DNA of 64,000 nucleotides from an uncultured bacterium (GTDB lineage Bacteria; Verrucomicrobiota; Verrucomicrobiia; Limisphaerales; UBA8199): NCBI GenBank assembly GCA_963749495.1, contig CAVVMW010000008.1, positions 288,001 to 352,000 of the forward strand, read 5' to 3'. Shown piece by piece: positions 61,039 to 64,000 of this stretch (position 1 is its first letter; each line of letters starts with the position of its first letter). The notes under the pieces were generated by a model. It saw only the letters and a program-made list of their open reading frames with translations, ran no database searches and was not told where the DNA came from. The position numbers and the translations under genes were made by a program.

Positions 61039-62766
61039 CTAGGTCTTTCGCAGGCGCAGCGTGATCATTGCCCCGCCCGCCAGCCGATACCGGCTCAGGC
61101 CTGCCGGCGCCGGGCCGGCGGCCGCGGGCAAATCCACCGATTCATCCTGGGGCAGGAGCAGCTCGCCCTGGGCGGCGGCGGGCTGCCACAAAGTCAGTTC
61201 CCGGTCGCCGCGCTTGCCTTGCGACCTGAGGCGGATAGGGCCCTGGACCGTGAAGGCGGTCAGGTCGAGTTGCTCCAGGTTCGCCAACTGAGGGCGCAGC
61301 TCAAACCGCTTGAAACCCGGGACCAGCGGTTTGAGGCCCATCAGGCCGTGGAACGCGATGTAGATCGGCACGACGGCGCAATGGCTCCATTGATGGTCGG
61401 AATCGGGCTGGCATTGCCAGTCCTCCTGCAAGGTGAGGTTTTCCTTTACGGAGATCATCGAGGCCCAGCGCGAGCGCAGGTCCGCCACAATGACATCGGC
61501 CCGCCCGCCCCGCGCCAGGGCCCAGAGACGCCACCCCGCGTTGCACGGATAGGAAAAGCCCATCTCCGGGGGGCATTGGGCCAGCGCGCTCAGGGCAGGC
61601 CCGGTCTGGCCGCCGGGACATTGATCGAAGATGAAGCCGACGCCGTGGTCGAGGATGGGCCCCCAGGAGGTCAGGTCGAGTTGGCGTTCGACCAGGCGGG
61701 CCAGGCGGTCATACGCCGGCCAGCAGTCCAGGAAGAAGCCCTCCTTGGTCAGGCCCTGGCTCCAGGTTTACGTGAACTCGAAGGTGAGCGCGGCGGCGCG
61801 GCGGCCATCCAACTCGACCTCCCAGGGTCCCTGGGCGGGGCCGGGGGCCGGGTCCGCGCGATGAGCGACGAAGGCGCCTGGGGTGCGAAAATCGAAGTAG
61901 TCGCGGGGCGGCAGGCGCCACTCCAGCCAATGCATCTGGGCCAGCCTACGGACGGGCACAAGCGACTCGCGCAGGAGCGGAATGCTGCGGGGACGCAGTT
62001 CGGTCCCGGCCGAGGCACAGTCGGTCCCGTACAGGTAATCGGGGTAGCCGGCGGCCAGGGCGGGTTTGTTGGGCGAGCCGGGCAGCGGCATGGCGTCCAG
62101 CCAATTGGCTTCGGGCCTGAAGCCGGCGGAGGACCAGCCCTCGGGGTACAAGCGGGCGTCAAATTCCTCCTGCAAGGCGCGGAGGTACCAGCGCTTGTAT
62201 TGACCCGGAGGCCAGGCGCGGCAGAGCAGCACTTTCCAGGAGGCGTCCGAGACGACCCGCTCGGTCCGGCCGTCGGCGTGCTCGATTTCGAGCCAAAACA
62301 GGAAGCCGGGCGTGCCGATCGGCCAGGTCCCGTCGCCCGTGCCGTAAAACAGGACCGCGGCGCCGAGCGCGTTTTGGCCGGCGCGCAGGTGCTCAGTCAA
62401 GTCGAGCGGGTCGGCCTCCGCCCACCGGGGGTCGCTGGGCGCAGGCCCCCATTGCACGCGCCGGCCGTTGACCTCCAGACGGTAACGGCTGTCGGCGCAC
62501 ACCCAGCCCAGGGCGCGGCGCGGGCGCGCCGGCAATTCGAGGCCGCGCCGGAAAAGGACGACGGTGTTCTGCAGCGTCCGGCCCGATGGATACCAGAGCC
62601 AGCGGGCAGGCGAAAGGTCCGGCAGGCGCGCGCGGACGGTCTCGGGGAGCGGCACCGGAGCGATGGGTTGTTGGCTGGGGGACGGCTCGCCCCCGGGTGA
62701 CGTTTGCTGGGCCAGCAGGGAGCCGCCCGCCAGGGCGGAGGTCTTGAGGAAACCGCAACGGTTCAT
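61039..62766 (-). pseudogene. Alpha-L-rhamnosidase (GH78)-like gene, internally deleted and frameshifted
   Basis: Tat-like leader MNRCGFLKTSALAGG, ADSRYRLEVNG, EEFDAR; C-terminal TLQEDW, SHC, PGFKRFELRPQ. Most of the catalytic barrel is missing. Confidence 0.7.
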
Positions 62767-62837
62767 GCCCGGATTAAAACGCGCGCCCAGGGCTTTGGAA
62801 AGCATTGTAATCGGCGAAGGCGGAGATGGAGTGCCGG

Positions 62838-63152
62838 GCAGACCCCTCACCCCGGCCCTCTCCCCTCGGAGGGGAGAGGGAGAAGCGTCGCGTAGCGACG
62901 CAGTGAAGGTAGCCGTGGACCTCGGTCCACGGTTCAGGGCGTGCGAATAGTCACGCGTCGCGGTTTTCAGGCGTCGCTACGCGACGCAGTCGAGCTTGGG
63001 CCATGGGTCCGTGGACTGGAAGTCCACGGCTACCATCGGGCACCGCTACGCGATGGGCCCGGGGCAGCGCGCGCGTCGCGGAGCGACGCAGTGACGGCAG
63101 CCGTGGACCCTCCCCTTCCGAAGGGGAGAGGGCCGGGGTGAAGGGTCTGCCC
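62838..63152. repeat. Nested REP-like elements
   Basis: cagacccctcaccccggccctctcccct ... aggggagagggccggggtgaagggtctg enclosing gcgtcgcgtagcgacgc / ccgtggac..gtccacgg units. Confidence 0.8.
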
Positions 63153-63273
63153 CCGTGACGCTCCCGCCTTCACTGCGGCCTTACAAAGCATTTGATTTCG
63201 CGGGCGCGAACGCGTAGAAGAAAGGGCCATTGGGCGCAGACAGCATGCCTGCGCCGGCAGAACCATCGCCGCA

Positions 63274-64000
<727 letters not shown>

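Noticed and set aside
63150..63273. SAM riboswitch upstream of metX
   Set aside because: No SAM-I/II/IV consensus could be recognised by eye. An Rfam scan would be needed.

Overview
GC-rich bacterial chromosome segment. Gene style and dense REP-like palindromes suggest a Verrucomicrobiota/PVC-group organism (inference). Many genes carry single-base frameshifts, several in homopolymer runs, so assembly indels are likely. Layout: (1) 1.2-9.0 kb: a mosaic island bracketed by a duplicated 3' end of a DUF4091-type gene. It holds an inverted-repeat-bounded two-gene cassette (an NDT-fold gene split by an ISAzo13 element, then a Gfo/Idh/MocA gene with an extra N-terminal domain), a vapB gene with a truncated vapC next to a half tRNA-Pro, an ISAzo13-derived MITE and an orphan MqsA-like HTH gene. 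(2) 9-16 kb: glycan/transport genes and fragments. (3) 16.5-25.7 kb: a type I R-M operon with a DUF488 gene pair between hsdM and hsdS. (4) 26.6-31.4 kb: a hydrazine-synthase-like alpha plus beta/gamma heme-c gene pair. (5) 34-49 kb: a five-gene cluster of secreted proteins: a Kelch fibre-like protein, an S74-chaperone tail fibre and a ~2,640-aa protein whose C-terminus resembles a Tc-toxin A subunit, with no TcB/TcC beside it. This is the best candidate for an undescribed system. (6) 49-64 kb: housekeeping and glycan genes (GH89, lpdA, flavoprotein, propeller, three CNNM genes, broken GH78, metX). All family calls come from motif recognition by eye; no database searches were run.
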